From NCBI GenBank assembly GCA_964529605.1, contig CAZGXE010000001.1, positions 1 through 41,714 of the forward strand: a stretch of 41,714 bases of DNA. The letters run 5' to 3'. The first letter of the stretch is position 1; every line of letters begins with the position of its first letter. The position numbers and the translations under genes were made by a program. This DNA is from an uncultured Candidatus Bathyarchaeia archaeon (GTDB lineage: Archaea; Thermoproteota; Bathyarchaeia; Bathyarchaeales; DTEX01). Below the pieces are notes generated by a model, which saw only the letters and a program-made list of their open reading frames with translations, was not told the origin of the DNA and searched no databases. Below, in pieces: positions 1-9,141 of this stretch.

Positions 1-73
1 TAAAAACGTAAGGTATAATAAGGGTATTCTGCATCTTTTAGATAAGTAAGTGTTGAAAGGATGCTGCTGGCTT

Positions 74-352
74 ATGCCGTTTAAGCGTAAGAGTAGAGGC
101 CGTTCGAAAGGTCAGAAAGGTAAGAGTGATTATGTTCATTGCAGTTCATGCGGTGAATTGGTTCCACGTGATAAAGCTAAGAAGGTTACACGCCGTATAT
201 CGCTTGTCGATCCTGTTTTGGCGAGGGAGCTAAGGCAGAAAGGCGCCTACCTATCAACTCGAGTTGAAACATTATACTATTGCGTTTCATGTGCAGTTCA
301 TAGAGGTGTAGTTAAAGTTAGAGCTAGAGAAGAAAGAAAGCGAAGAAGATAA
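74..352 (+). CDS. rps26e: Ribosomal protein eS26 (S26e)
   Basis: Translation MPFKRKSRGRSKG...VHCSSCGELVPRDKA...YYCVSCAVH shows the typical eS26 basic N-terminus and CxxC...CxxC zinc ribbon. The likely start is the ATG at 74, inside the listed ORF 50..352. Confidence 0.85.
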   Translation: MPFKRKSRGRSKGQKGKSDYVHCSSCGELVPRDKAKKVTRRISLVDPVLARELRQKGAYLSTRVETLYYCVSCAVHRGVVKVRAREERKRRR

Positions 353-359
353 GGAACCC

Positions 360-1001
360 TCATTTTGAAACCTCATGTTTCTTTGAGATAGCCATCCGAT
401 AGAAGTAAATAGCCCTCTGAATAACTGTGAAATTTGATGTGAGAGCTAATATTATTATGCCTACCTCTAACGCTGGGAGATCAGCCCAAGCAAGATTCAT
501 TATGCTTGCGATAGCTATTATCAAGATTCTTTCAGCCCGCTCTATTAAGCCTACTGACTCCATAGATACGTCGGCAGCTTCAGCCCTAGCCCTAGCATAG
601 CTTGTTAGCAATGATCCTATTAGGGCTAAAATGCCCCAAAATAGGTTGCATAAGCCGCCTAGAATAAGACCGCAGAGAATCGCTGCATCAACGTATCTAT
701 CGAGTAGAGAGTCCAAGAAACCGCCTAAAAGAGTTGCTTCGCCATATAGCCTAGCCAACACGCCGTCTAAAGCATCGCAGAAGCCGGAAAGAAAAAGGAA
801 AATGACCGCTAAAAAGAGGCGGATTCTATAAGCGTTTGGATCAGCTAGGGATACGCCGGCGTCCCAGTAAGCTACACCGGAGAGCAAGCCTAAAATCACT
901 CCTAAACCGCTCACCATGTTCGGTTTGAAGCCAGCTCTATGCATTAATCCGGCTCCTGCAGAGAACCACTCTTGAACCTTGTTCTTAAGCTTCGTTAACA
1001 T
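360..1001 (-). CDS. CDP-alcohol phosphatidyltransferase family membrane protein (archaeal polar-lipid headgroup synthase; substrate not determinable)
   Basis: The family motif D-x2-DG-x2-AR-x8-G-x3-D-x3-D is matched exactly in CDALDGVLARLYGEATLLGGFLDSLLDRYVD. The protein has multiple hydrophobic helices. Confidence 0.85.
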   Translation of the reverse strand: MLTKLKNKVQEWFSAGAGLMHRAGFKPNMVSGLGVILGLLSGVAYWDAGVSLADPNAYRIRLFLAVIFLFLSGFCDALDGVLARLYGEATLLGGFLDSLLDRYVDAAILCGLILGGLCNLFWGILALIGSLLTSYARARAEAADVSMESVGLIERAERILIIAIASIMNLAWADLPALEVGIIILALTSNFTVIQRAIYFYRMAISKKHEVSK

Positions 1002-1100
1002 CTCTCTTTTTCCTACACACTAAAACAATAATAAAGGCTTCATCCCCTTTTAGATGCAATATTCTTCCCAGATCATTTTGGATATAATAGTCTAGCCATG

Positions 1101-1340
1101 TTACACCCTCCTTTTAACCCTAAGGTAGCTAGCGACATTTTTACATTTGGCTCTGAGCGGAAGTAGATGCGGCGTCTTCAATCCCATCTCAGTTAGAGTT
1201 TCCGCATTTTCCATCCCTTTGGCTACGACGAAATCCGCTGAATAATAAACTTCTAGAAGCTCCAGATCATGCGGGGTTTCAAGTACTCCCATGTAGCATC
1301 TCTGAAATATGCGGAAAACGCAGCCTACTTCAGCCTTCAA
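1101..1340 (-). pseudogene. C-terminal fragment of a DUF89 (ARMT1-like damage-control phosphatase) protein, probably a gene remnant
   Basis: ADFVVAKGMENAETLTE...LRAKCKNVASYLRV resembles the conserved C-terminal about 70 aa of DUF89 proteins, which are normally about 280 aa. The frame is closed by a stop at 1383-1385 inside the tpiA 3' end, so no N-terminal part is present. Confidence 0.45.
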
Positions 1341-1369
1341 GTTTAACGCTCCGGCATTAAATTTAATGT

Positions 1370-2107
<738 letters not shown>

Positions 2108-2290
2108 TTAGTACATTTAACCTTTTTCAAATCCATAGGCGACCATAAAAATTATTGAGGTTTCAAAGCAGAAGGTAAATGTTGAGCAGCTTGCTTAAAG
2201 CTTAAAAAATACGCAAGGAGTGAATAAAGCATATCTTTAGTTCGATTAATATTTTGGGACCGGTTTCCCAGTTTGTTCATGAGAGGAGGA

Positions 2291-2656
2291 TCAACCATAG
2301 AAAGAGGGCTTATCACGTGGTATTTCCTGTATTTGCATTTGGGAGATTTTTTTTGCATCTTCAAGTAGATTGTCAAATGTCTCATCTAATTCGGATATGT
2401 AAGATTCAAGCGCTTCAACATAGAGTAGCAACGTTCTGATCAAATCGCTTACGCTATTACTGTAGTCCAGAACTGTGCTCAGAAAATCTATTTCCCTTCT
2501 GTTGCCTTCTTCAGCATCGATGTTCTTCTTAATGTCTTCAAGCATCTTATAGAAGCATTTCTCTTCTATTTTGAAGAGGTCCGACTTTAGATTCACGTAG
2601 GCTTTCAAGCTTTCTAAGGTCTTTTTTATAGATTTTCTTCCAATGGGCTCCGCCAA
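2291..2656 (-). CDS. Hypothetical helical/acidic protein (121 aa, TTG start)
   Basis: This is the longest ORF in the region and is co-oriented with its neighbours. I recognised no motif. Heptad-like charged composition suggests a coiled coil. Confidence 0.35.
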   Translation of the reverse strand: MAEPIGRKSIKKTLESLKAYVNLKSDLFKIEEKCFYKMLEDIKKNIDAEEGNRREIDFLSTVLDYSNSVSDLIRTLLLYVEALESYISELDETFDNLLEDAKKISQMQIQEIPRDKPSFYG

Positions 2657-2913
2657 GTCGTTACCCTTCCTTAAATGCTCATTTTATAAACTTTTGAGGT
2701 ATCTGAAGTTATAATGCTTGTTAATAGCCTCATGTATTTCTGAAAATTTTTCACGTAATGATACGGTTGTAGAGGGAGCTCTCAAACGTGACATTTATAT
2801 GATTAAGGATGAAGGTTGAATGGGTGTAACTTTTAAATGAAGAATAACTTAATTCAGGGTGAAGCGCTGAAAGGCGGGGGTAAAATTGACTGTTTGTAGC
2901 ATCTTTAGAGATG

Positions 2914-5613
2914 CTACATAAATTGTTCAAGTCTTGTCAGCCCTATTATTTCATCAAATTCAAGGTTTAATGCATCTAATATCTGATCGAATATTGATTT
3001 TAAATAGCCAATATATTTGTCAACATCTATCTCCTTTGATGTCGCTAGCTGAACAGGCTTCACAAACGGCTCCTTAATAACCTTCACAAACCTTATGGTG
3101 TCTCCAGCTTTGATCTCAACGCCTTTTGCTTGTAACATGAAAGCCGCCTTTACATGCTGAGGTGTTGTTTTATAGTATGCTCTCGGAACCTTCCCTAAGA
3201 CAACTTCGAATGCTAAATCATTAATATCCTCCCATTCACGCCTCTTAAGCTTCATGTAGCATTCACGTATTATTTTCTCAATATCCTTCTTTGCAAGATC
3301 GAATTCAGCTGGAGTTTTCACGCGGCTCAATATATGCTCGATCGCATCAAAATATCTCTTTATGAACAAAGGTATATGCCGCTTTTTGCCTGTAAGCCCC
3401 TTAACATCAACGGTGCCATCTTCAAGGACACCTAGATAATTCTTCTTTCTTGAGCTTAAAACAGCATAACGATAGTACTTGTCAACCTCAAGCTCCATTC
3501 CAAGGTTCTTTTCAGCCCACTCAGCCAAAGTTTTAATCTGCTCCGCCGTCGGATTTTTAAGGAAGAGGCTGTCCGTATCGCCGTATATCACTTCAATCCC
3601 TAATTCTCGAGCCTTATTTATTGTCTGTGTGATTATGTTTCTTCCTATGGCTGAAGTTGCCTCAGCCGCTGGTGGACAGTAAAGATCAAAAACCTCAGCT
3701 CCGAAGACCCCGTAGGAGGCGTTTAAGATAACTTTTAATGCGCTCTGTATCACATTATACCAGTCCCGCTGTTCGTTTGGAAGAGATTTGTCTTTGGCTT
3801 TAGGCTTATACCACCTAACCCTCAAGTCTCTGAGGGACCCTATAAGCGCGCTTTCAAGAGCTCTATGCTTCTTACATATCCAATGCGGGGTTTCCGGAAT
3901 AACATTGCTTTTGCATTCTTCATGTACGCAACGAACTGTCTGATAACCCAGGTTGTAAACTTTTATTATTGAGGGGTATAGGCTCTGAAAATCCATCACA
4001 GCCACATTAAAGTGTACGCCGGGCACAGGCTTAACAACTATTGCCCCCATATACTTTTTGCCTTTAATAATCGCCTTGGTCGCCGTTTTCCCCCTAGCCG
4101 CAATTATGTCGCTACTGTTTGGAATAAGCATGTTTCTTCTGCGATGTTCATACTGCATGAAACTTCGGATCCACCTCGACACTCCTTGCCGGCTTACATC
4201 CTCCATGGGCATCCGGCTTATTCTGGTTAAAACCGTGAGAAGCTTCATTACTAACTCATCATTGTAAGATGTGAGTTCAAAGGTTATCTCAGCATCGTTT
4301 AGGCAGTATTTAGCAAGTTCGCTGTAGGAAACCTCTGAAAATGATTTTGTGAGTTTAATCTTAGATTTGCCCAATAATGCCCGTGCAACCTCATCTAGGG
4401 TTACATTACGATATTTATTTGCGAAAGCATATATTTGAATCGACTTATTGAAGAAAAATCTGTATAGATCTATGTGAACACCATACCTCAGGAGGCAGAT
4501 TTTCCGCCCTCTCTCTATTGGAATATCATCTCTTGAGAAACCTAGATTTCTGGCTCTGTGATAAATATAATTGAGGTCGAAATCGTCTCCATTAAACGTT
4601 ATAAGGAAGGGATAATCATTCAACACGTCAAAGATTGATTGCAGCAGATCCCTCTCTGAGGTATAGAACTCTACTGAAACATCGCTTGGGAATTTCATGT
4701 CCCCCTCATCAATGCCTTCACGCCTTAGGAGTAAAACCCTTTTTCTTCCATCAGAACCTACAAATGAAGCGCATATTACTGGCTGGGAGGCCTCCTCCGG
4801 GTTCGGAACACGCGTTGGAATCGGTGAATAAACCTCTATATCAAGGGCGACACGGCGCATTTTAGGGGCTGGATACTCCAAGAGTCTAGCCCAAAACTCT
4901 ACGTATGACGCGAGGTCGCTAGGCTCATTCTCAAAGAATCTCTCGATGAGTTTCTTAACGTTTATATCAGCCTCTTCCTGAGTGTAGGGAACTAGGTTGC
5001 CGCTCTCAATCTTGTAGAGCATACCTGGGAGAAGCTTCCGATCATAAATATAGCATTGATAATATTTGATGGCGGCCTCCCAAACCTTAACCTCTCTATT
5101 ATTCCCGAAGACAAGCGGATAGTCCTCAGGTATTATATCCCTCAAGCATCCCTTAGGCCTTCCGCCGATTGCCAGCGGATCTTTAGCGACAACCTTTGTC
5201 ACCTTAATCTCCCGGTCGTAGAGGGCATCGTACTTTTCAACAACCTCAAAATGATCGAAGCTCGGATGGTTAACAACTCTATCAAGTTTTTCAAGCTCTT
5301 CCGGCGGAATATTTGTGAAAAGATATGGTTTGTGCCCTGTGTTATCATACCACAAATATACGCGTTGGGAGATAGGTTCATAAAGTTTTATGTATGCTAC
5401 TCTCCTCTCGCCATCGTATCCGGCGGAAACAAAATAGGCGGGAGGTAAATTCTTAGGCGTAATATCCTCTTCAGAATGTTCTTCAAGGACTCTACTACCT
5501 TTTTCATCCACTTCTATTTTTCCCTCTGGTTTAGATGATGAGCTCTCATTCTCTTTGGAATTTTCAGTCTTGAATAGATGACTACAAAATTCATCTAAGC
5601 TTTTCTGCGGCAT
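2914..5613 (-). CDS. polB: Family-B DNA polymerase (PolB)
   Basis: Exo I motif ALDIEV, Pol motif A DFQSLYPSII, KxxxNSxYG-like ILNASYGVFG and motif C YGDTDS are present. The 899-aa protein has a Ser/Glu-rich N-terminal extension of about 60 aa. Confidence 0.95.
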   Translation of the reverse strand: MPQKSLDEFCSHLFKTENSKENESSSSKPEGKIEVDEKGSRVLEEHSEEDITPKNLPPAYFVSAGYDGERRVAYIKLYEPISQRVYLWYDNTGHKPYLFTNIPPEELEKLDRVVNHPSFDHFEVVEKYDALYDREIKVTKVVAKDPLAIGGRPKGCLRDIIPEDYPLVFGNNREVKVWEAAIKYYQCYIYDRKLLPGMLYKIESGNLVPYTQEEADINVKKLIERFFENEPSDLASYVEFWARLLEYPAPKMRRVALDIEVYSPIPTRVPNPEEASQPVICASFVGSDGRKRVLLLRREGIDEGDMKFPSDVSVEFYTSERDLLQSIFDVLNDYPFLITFNGDDFDLNYIYHRARNLGFSRDDIPIERGRKICLLRYGVHIDLYRFFFNKSIQIYAFANKYRNVTLDEVARALLGKSKIKLTKSFSEVSYSELAKYCLNDAEITFELTSYNDELVMKLLTVLTRISRMPMEDVSRQGVSRWIRSFMQYEHRRRNMLIPNSSDIIAARGKTATKAIIKGKKYMGAIVVKPVPGVHFNVAVMDFQSLYPSIIKVYNLGYQTVRCVHEECKSNVIPETPHWICKKHRALESALIGSLRDLRVRWYKPKAKDKSLPNEQRDWYNVIQSALKVILNASYGVFGAEVFDLYCPPAAEATSAIGRNIITQTINKARELGIEVIYGDTDSLFLKNPTAEQIKTLAEWAEKNLGMELEVDKYYRYAVLSSRKKNYLGVLEDGTVDVKGLTGKKRHIPLFIKRYFDAIEHILSRVKTPAEFDLAKKDIEKIIRECYMKLKRREWEDINDLAFEVVLGKVPRAYYKTTPQHVKAAFMLQAKGVEIKAGDTIRFVKVIKEPFVKPVQLATSKEIDVDKYIGYLKSIFDQILDALNLEFDEIIGLTRLEQFM

Positions 5614-5726
5614 TATCCAACCTATCCAAAAATATTATTGAAAGTGCATGAATTTAAAACTTCTGAGGGTATAGGCTTTTAAGCCTTAACACCTTAGAAG
5701 AAAGTTAATGATGAAACGGTGTCTAA

Positions 5727-6428
5727 ATGCTGTATTCGACAAATATTTCACTAGATCTATCGTGGCTTGAACAATTCGACGCTTGGCTAGAGAGTATTGC
5801 CATGCAATATGGCTATTTGGGTATTTTTATTGCAAGCTTCGTGGGAGCAGCATCCATAATAATTCCAATACCATATACAGTGCTCATATTTATGTTGGGC
5901 AAAATATTGGATCCATTTCTAGTGGCCCTATCCGCTGGAGCAGGATCAGCGCTGGGTGAATTCTTCGGTTACGCAATGGGCTATTACGGAAGGGCTTTAA
6001 TGAGCGAGGGAAAAAAGAAAAAAGCCGACTACGTGATGAAGATTTTCAGTCGTTATGGGGCAATAGCGATATTTACTTTCGCCTTCACACCTCTCCCCGA
6101 TGATCTGCTATTTATACCACTTGGAATAATGCATTACAGCTTCATTAAGGCTTTCGTGCCTTGCCTGATGGGGAAGATCGTCATGAGTCTCATTCTAGCT
6201 TACGGCGGCCGCTTCTCAAATTGGGTGATAGAGCTAATCTTTGGGGGCGGTGGAGAAAGCGGGTTATGGACTATGGTGGCTACAACACTTCTTCTAGTCG
6301 CTATAATAATCGCCATGTTCAAAATCGATTGGGAAAAATTTTTCCCGCTGGAAGAGAAAGAAAGAAAATCCACTCAAGAGACCTCTCAAAGTTCTGATGC
6401 GGAAAATGATCATCAGAGAAAACCGTAA
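5727..6428 (+). CDS. DedA / VTT-domain (SNARE-associated) family membrane protein
   Basis: YGYLGIFIASFVGAASIIIPIPY and GxxxGxxxGY-type motifs are present with 4-5 hydrophobic helices. The C-terminal tail is charged. Confidence 0.7.
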   Translation: MLYSTNISLDLSWLEQFDAWLESIAMQYGYLGIFIASFVGAASIIIPIPYTVLIFMLGKILDPFLVALSAGAGSALGEFFGYAMGYYGRALMSEGKKKKADYVMKIFSRYGAIAIFTFAFTPLPDDLLFIPLGIMHYSFIKAFVPCLMGKIVMSLILAYGGRFSNWVIELIFGGGGESGLWTMVATTLLLVAIIIAMFKIDWEKFFPLEEKERKSTQETSQSSDAENDHQRKP

Positions 6429-6712
6429 ATTTCTATTAATTTAAAATTCTTAATTACGGTTAAGGAGAGGAATCGTGAATGCTTCAAATGTTTCATGCCC
6501 GATATGTTGTGTGCCCCCTCTTCACTTATTTAGCAATGAGTGTTTTCGTCTTTGAGGTTGCAGAAGTGCTAAGGGCAGCTGCAAGCGTCTCTCATAGCTT
6601 AGTTCTTCTTTCCCAAAAGATGGGTTTTCTGGATTAACCCCCGTTCTCGATGCTTCTTAGAAAACGTAAATAAGATTTTTCGGCTATCATTGATATATGG
6701 CTGGGTCATGAA

Positions 6713-9109
6713 ATGCGGGTTATAGCTGATTTGCATTTACATAGCAAGTACAGCCGTGCTACAAGCACTAATATGAATGTAAGCGGGATCTCTCGTTTCG
6801 CTCAGATTAAAGGATTAAATCTTGTTGGGACAGGTGATTTCACTCATCCTAAATGGCTTCGTGAGCTCAAGGAAAACCTAGTTGAAGTGCCCGGAACAGG
6901 CTTATATCGGTCTGCAAACATCTCTGAATCTAAAGTTTGGTTTATGGTGACAGGTGAGGTTTCAACAGTTTTCACTTTTAAGGGTGCAAGGAAGAAGATT
7001 CACCATGTAATATTAACAGCGAGTATTGAAATAGCCGAGCAGATAAATGATCAATTATCCAAGTATGGAAGCCTCGAGGTGGATGGCAGACCGACATTAA
7101 ATATGTCAGCGCCGCATCTAGTTGAGGAGATAATGGAGATTTCAAGGGAGAATATGGTTTTCCCAGCCCACGCTTGGACCCCCTGGTTTAGTGTTTTCGG
7201 AGCATTCAGCGGCTTCGACCGGATGGAAGACTGCTACCAAGATATGACCAAGCATATATACGCACTGGAAACCGGCTTATCCTGCTATGATGCGGAAACG
7301 GAGGTTTTAACTGAAAATGGTTGGAGAAGCTTTTCGGAAATCGATTATTCAGATAGAATTTGCACCTTAAATCCGGAAACTAATGAAATCGAATTTCAAC
7401 ATCCAACAGGAATATTTGTTTATAATTATGAGGGGAAGATGTATAAGCTGGAAACTAAAAGAGTTAACCTTTTAGTTACTCCAAATCATAAACTTTTTTA
7501 TAGTCCCTGTGACTTTCGTAATCCGAAGCCTTTTAGGCTGAAAGAAGCCAGATTTTTGTTTAATAAATCAAAAAGGTTTAAAAAGGATGGTGTTTGGAAA
7601 GGCGAAAATAAAGCACATTTTATGCTTCCCGCTGTCAAGATAAAACATGGAAATCGTTATTATCGGGGTTTTCGAGTTAAGAGTGAGAAGAAAATCCCCA
7701 TGGAGTCATGGTTGAAATTTTTTGGACTCTGGCTAGCGGGGGGATGGATAAGCAAAGGTAAGCATGGGGATTACAACGTTTACATAAGCAACCAAAATCA
7801 AGATCTTTTAAAAGAGATGGAGACCCTCCTAACAGGCTGGGGCTATAAGGTCTATAAATATGCTAACACTCTAAGAGTGAGAGACTATCAGCTTTTCCAC
7901 CATCTTAAGCAGTTCGGCAAGAGCTCTGAGAAGTTTATTCCTAAGGAAATTAAATCGCTGTCAAAGAATCTATTAGAGATTCTACTCCAATATTATCTTT
8001 TGGGTAACGGTGATAGATACGGTCGAACGAGTAAGGGTTTATCGGCAACTACGACTTCAACCCGTTTGCGAGATGATTTGCAGGAGATCGCGCTAAAAAT
8101 CGGGATTTCAGCCTATTATAAGCTGGGGCGAAAGAAGGGGGATTTAATATCGAAGCCTTACAAGGGTAAAGTGTATAAGCAGAGAGGAGGTACGTGGGTA
8201 ATTTATTTCATTAGACAGAACCAACCTATAGTTTTACCCTCAATGATCAAAAAGTATAACCACATAGAGTCTTGGGTGGATTATAAGGGCTTAGTCTTCT
8301 GTGCGTCAGTTCCGAATCACGTAATTTACATCCGCAGAAATGGTATCCCACTTTGGTGTGGAAATTCGGATCCGCCGATGAATTGGCGTTTAAGCGCCTT
8401 AGACAGGTTTGCGTTACTCTCTAATAGCGATTCGCATTCAAGCTGGCCGTGGAGAATTGGGCGTGAAGCCAACGTTTTCGAACTTAAACGTTTAACCTAC
8501 TGGGATATAATTGACTCGATCAGAAATAAGGATCCCAATCTCCTAAGGTTCACTATTGAAACCAACCCCGCGTATGGTAAGTACCATTGGTCCGGACATA
8601 GAACATGCGGGATTTCACTTCCACCTGAGAAGGCCATAAAACTCGGGGACATCTGTCCAGTTTGCCATAGAAGGCTCACCAAGGGTGTGGAGCAGCGGGT
8701 TGAGGAGTTGGCTGATAGGCCCTATGGTTTTAGACCAGCTGGTTCGCCCGGTTACATGCATCTTCTCCCGCTCTCAGAAGTTATAGCTTCCGTTATAGGT
8801 GCAAGATCGCTTGGTTCACGAAGAGTATGGAGCATTTATAATGCCCTCATCTCACATTTCGGCAACGAATATGCGGTTTTAATAGACGCTAGCTTTGATG
8901 AAATGGTGAAGGTTGCTGGTCCATTAATCGCTGAGGCTGTTATCCGGGTTCGCGAAGAGAGGGTTAAGGTTATTCCAGGCTATGATGGTCTCTACGGGCA
9001 GATTATAATCTTTCCGGAGAGAGGTGAGAATGTGATTAGAAAGGAACCTAAAGGGACTGAGGGGAAAACTAGAATTTCAAAGCAGAAATCTCTATCGGAA
9101 TTTTTCTAA
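6713..9109 (+). CDS. Endonuclease Q (PHP-domain deaminated-base endonuclease) precursor containing an intein
   Basis: The N-terminus ADLHLHSKYSRATS...GLNLVGTGDFTHPKW is the EndoQ/PHP signature. A C-terminal zinc motif CGISLPP...CPVCHRRL is present, and the protein ends in the PIP box QKSLSEFF. The conserved ETGLS|SDPPMNWR motif is split by 361 aa. Confidence 0.85.
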   Translation: MRVIADLHLHSKYSRATSTNMNVSGISRFAQIKGLNLVGTGDFTHPKWLRELKENLVEVPGTGLYRSANISESKVWFMVTGEVSTVFTFKGARKKIHHVILTASIEIAEQINDQLSKYGSLEVDGRPTLNMSAPHLVEEIMEISRENMVFPAHAWTPWFSVFGAFSGFDRMEDCYQDMTKHIYALETGLSCYDAETEVLTENGWRSFSEIDYSDRICTLNPETNEIEFQHPTGIFVYNYEGKMYKLETKRVNLLVTPNHKLFYSPCDFRNPKPFRLKEARFLFNKSKRFKKDGVWKGENKAHFMLPAVKIKHGNRYYRGFRVKSEKKIPMESWLKFFGLWLAGGWISKGKHGDYNVYISNQNQDLLKEMETLLTGWGYKVYKYANTLRVRDYQLFHHLKQFGKSSEKFIPKEIKSLSKNLLEILLQYYLLGNGDRYGRTSKGLSATTTSTRLRDDLQEIALKIGISAYYKLGRKKGDLISKPYKGKVYKQRGGTWVIYFIRQNQPIVLPSMIKKYNHIESWVDYKGLVFCASVPNHVIYIRRNGIPLWCGNSDPPMNWRLSALDRFALLSNSDSHSSWPWRIGREANVFELKRLTYWDIIDSIRNKDPNLLRFTIETNPAYGKYHWSGHRTCGISLPPEKAIKLGDICPVCHRRLTKGVEQRVEELADRPYGFRPAGSPGYMHLLPLSEVIASVIGARSLGSRRVWSIYNALISHFGNEYAVLIDASFDEMVKVAGPLIAEAVIRVREERVKVIPGYDGLYGQIIIFPERGENVIRKEPKGTEGKTRISKQKSLSEFF
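7283..8365 (+). mobile_element. Intein (361 aa) with a LAGLIDADG-like homing-endonuclease insert, within endoQ
   Basis: It starts with Cys1 in block A (CYDAETEVLTENGW). Block B is LVTPNHKLF (TxxH). Blocks F/G are VFCASVPNHVIYIRRNGIPLWCGN, followed by the +1 Ser. Central LAGLIDADG-like motifs are WLAGGWISKG and YLLGNGDRYG. The segment is visibly more A/T-rich than the flanking extein sequence. Confidence 0.8.
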
Positions 9110-9141
9110 TTGTGAATTCAAGTTTAAAAAGTGGGTTAAGG

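Noticed and set aside
2895-2918. Perfect 9-bp inverted repeat (TGTAGCATC...GATGCTACA) spanning the polB stop codon.
   Set aside because: It could be a 3'-end hairpin. However, archaeal termination depends mainly on oligo-T, and only a short T-run follows on the coding strand. It is a single occurrence with no repeat copies elsewhere in the window.
6161-6397. A 78-aa ORF in an alternate frame inside the DedA gene, and similar nested same-strand ORFs (11122..11346, 14505..14705, 24419..24670).
   Set aside because: They lie entirely inside better-supported genes, have basic/low-complexity composition, and have no independent start signals.
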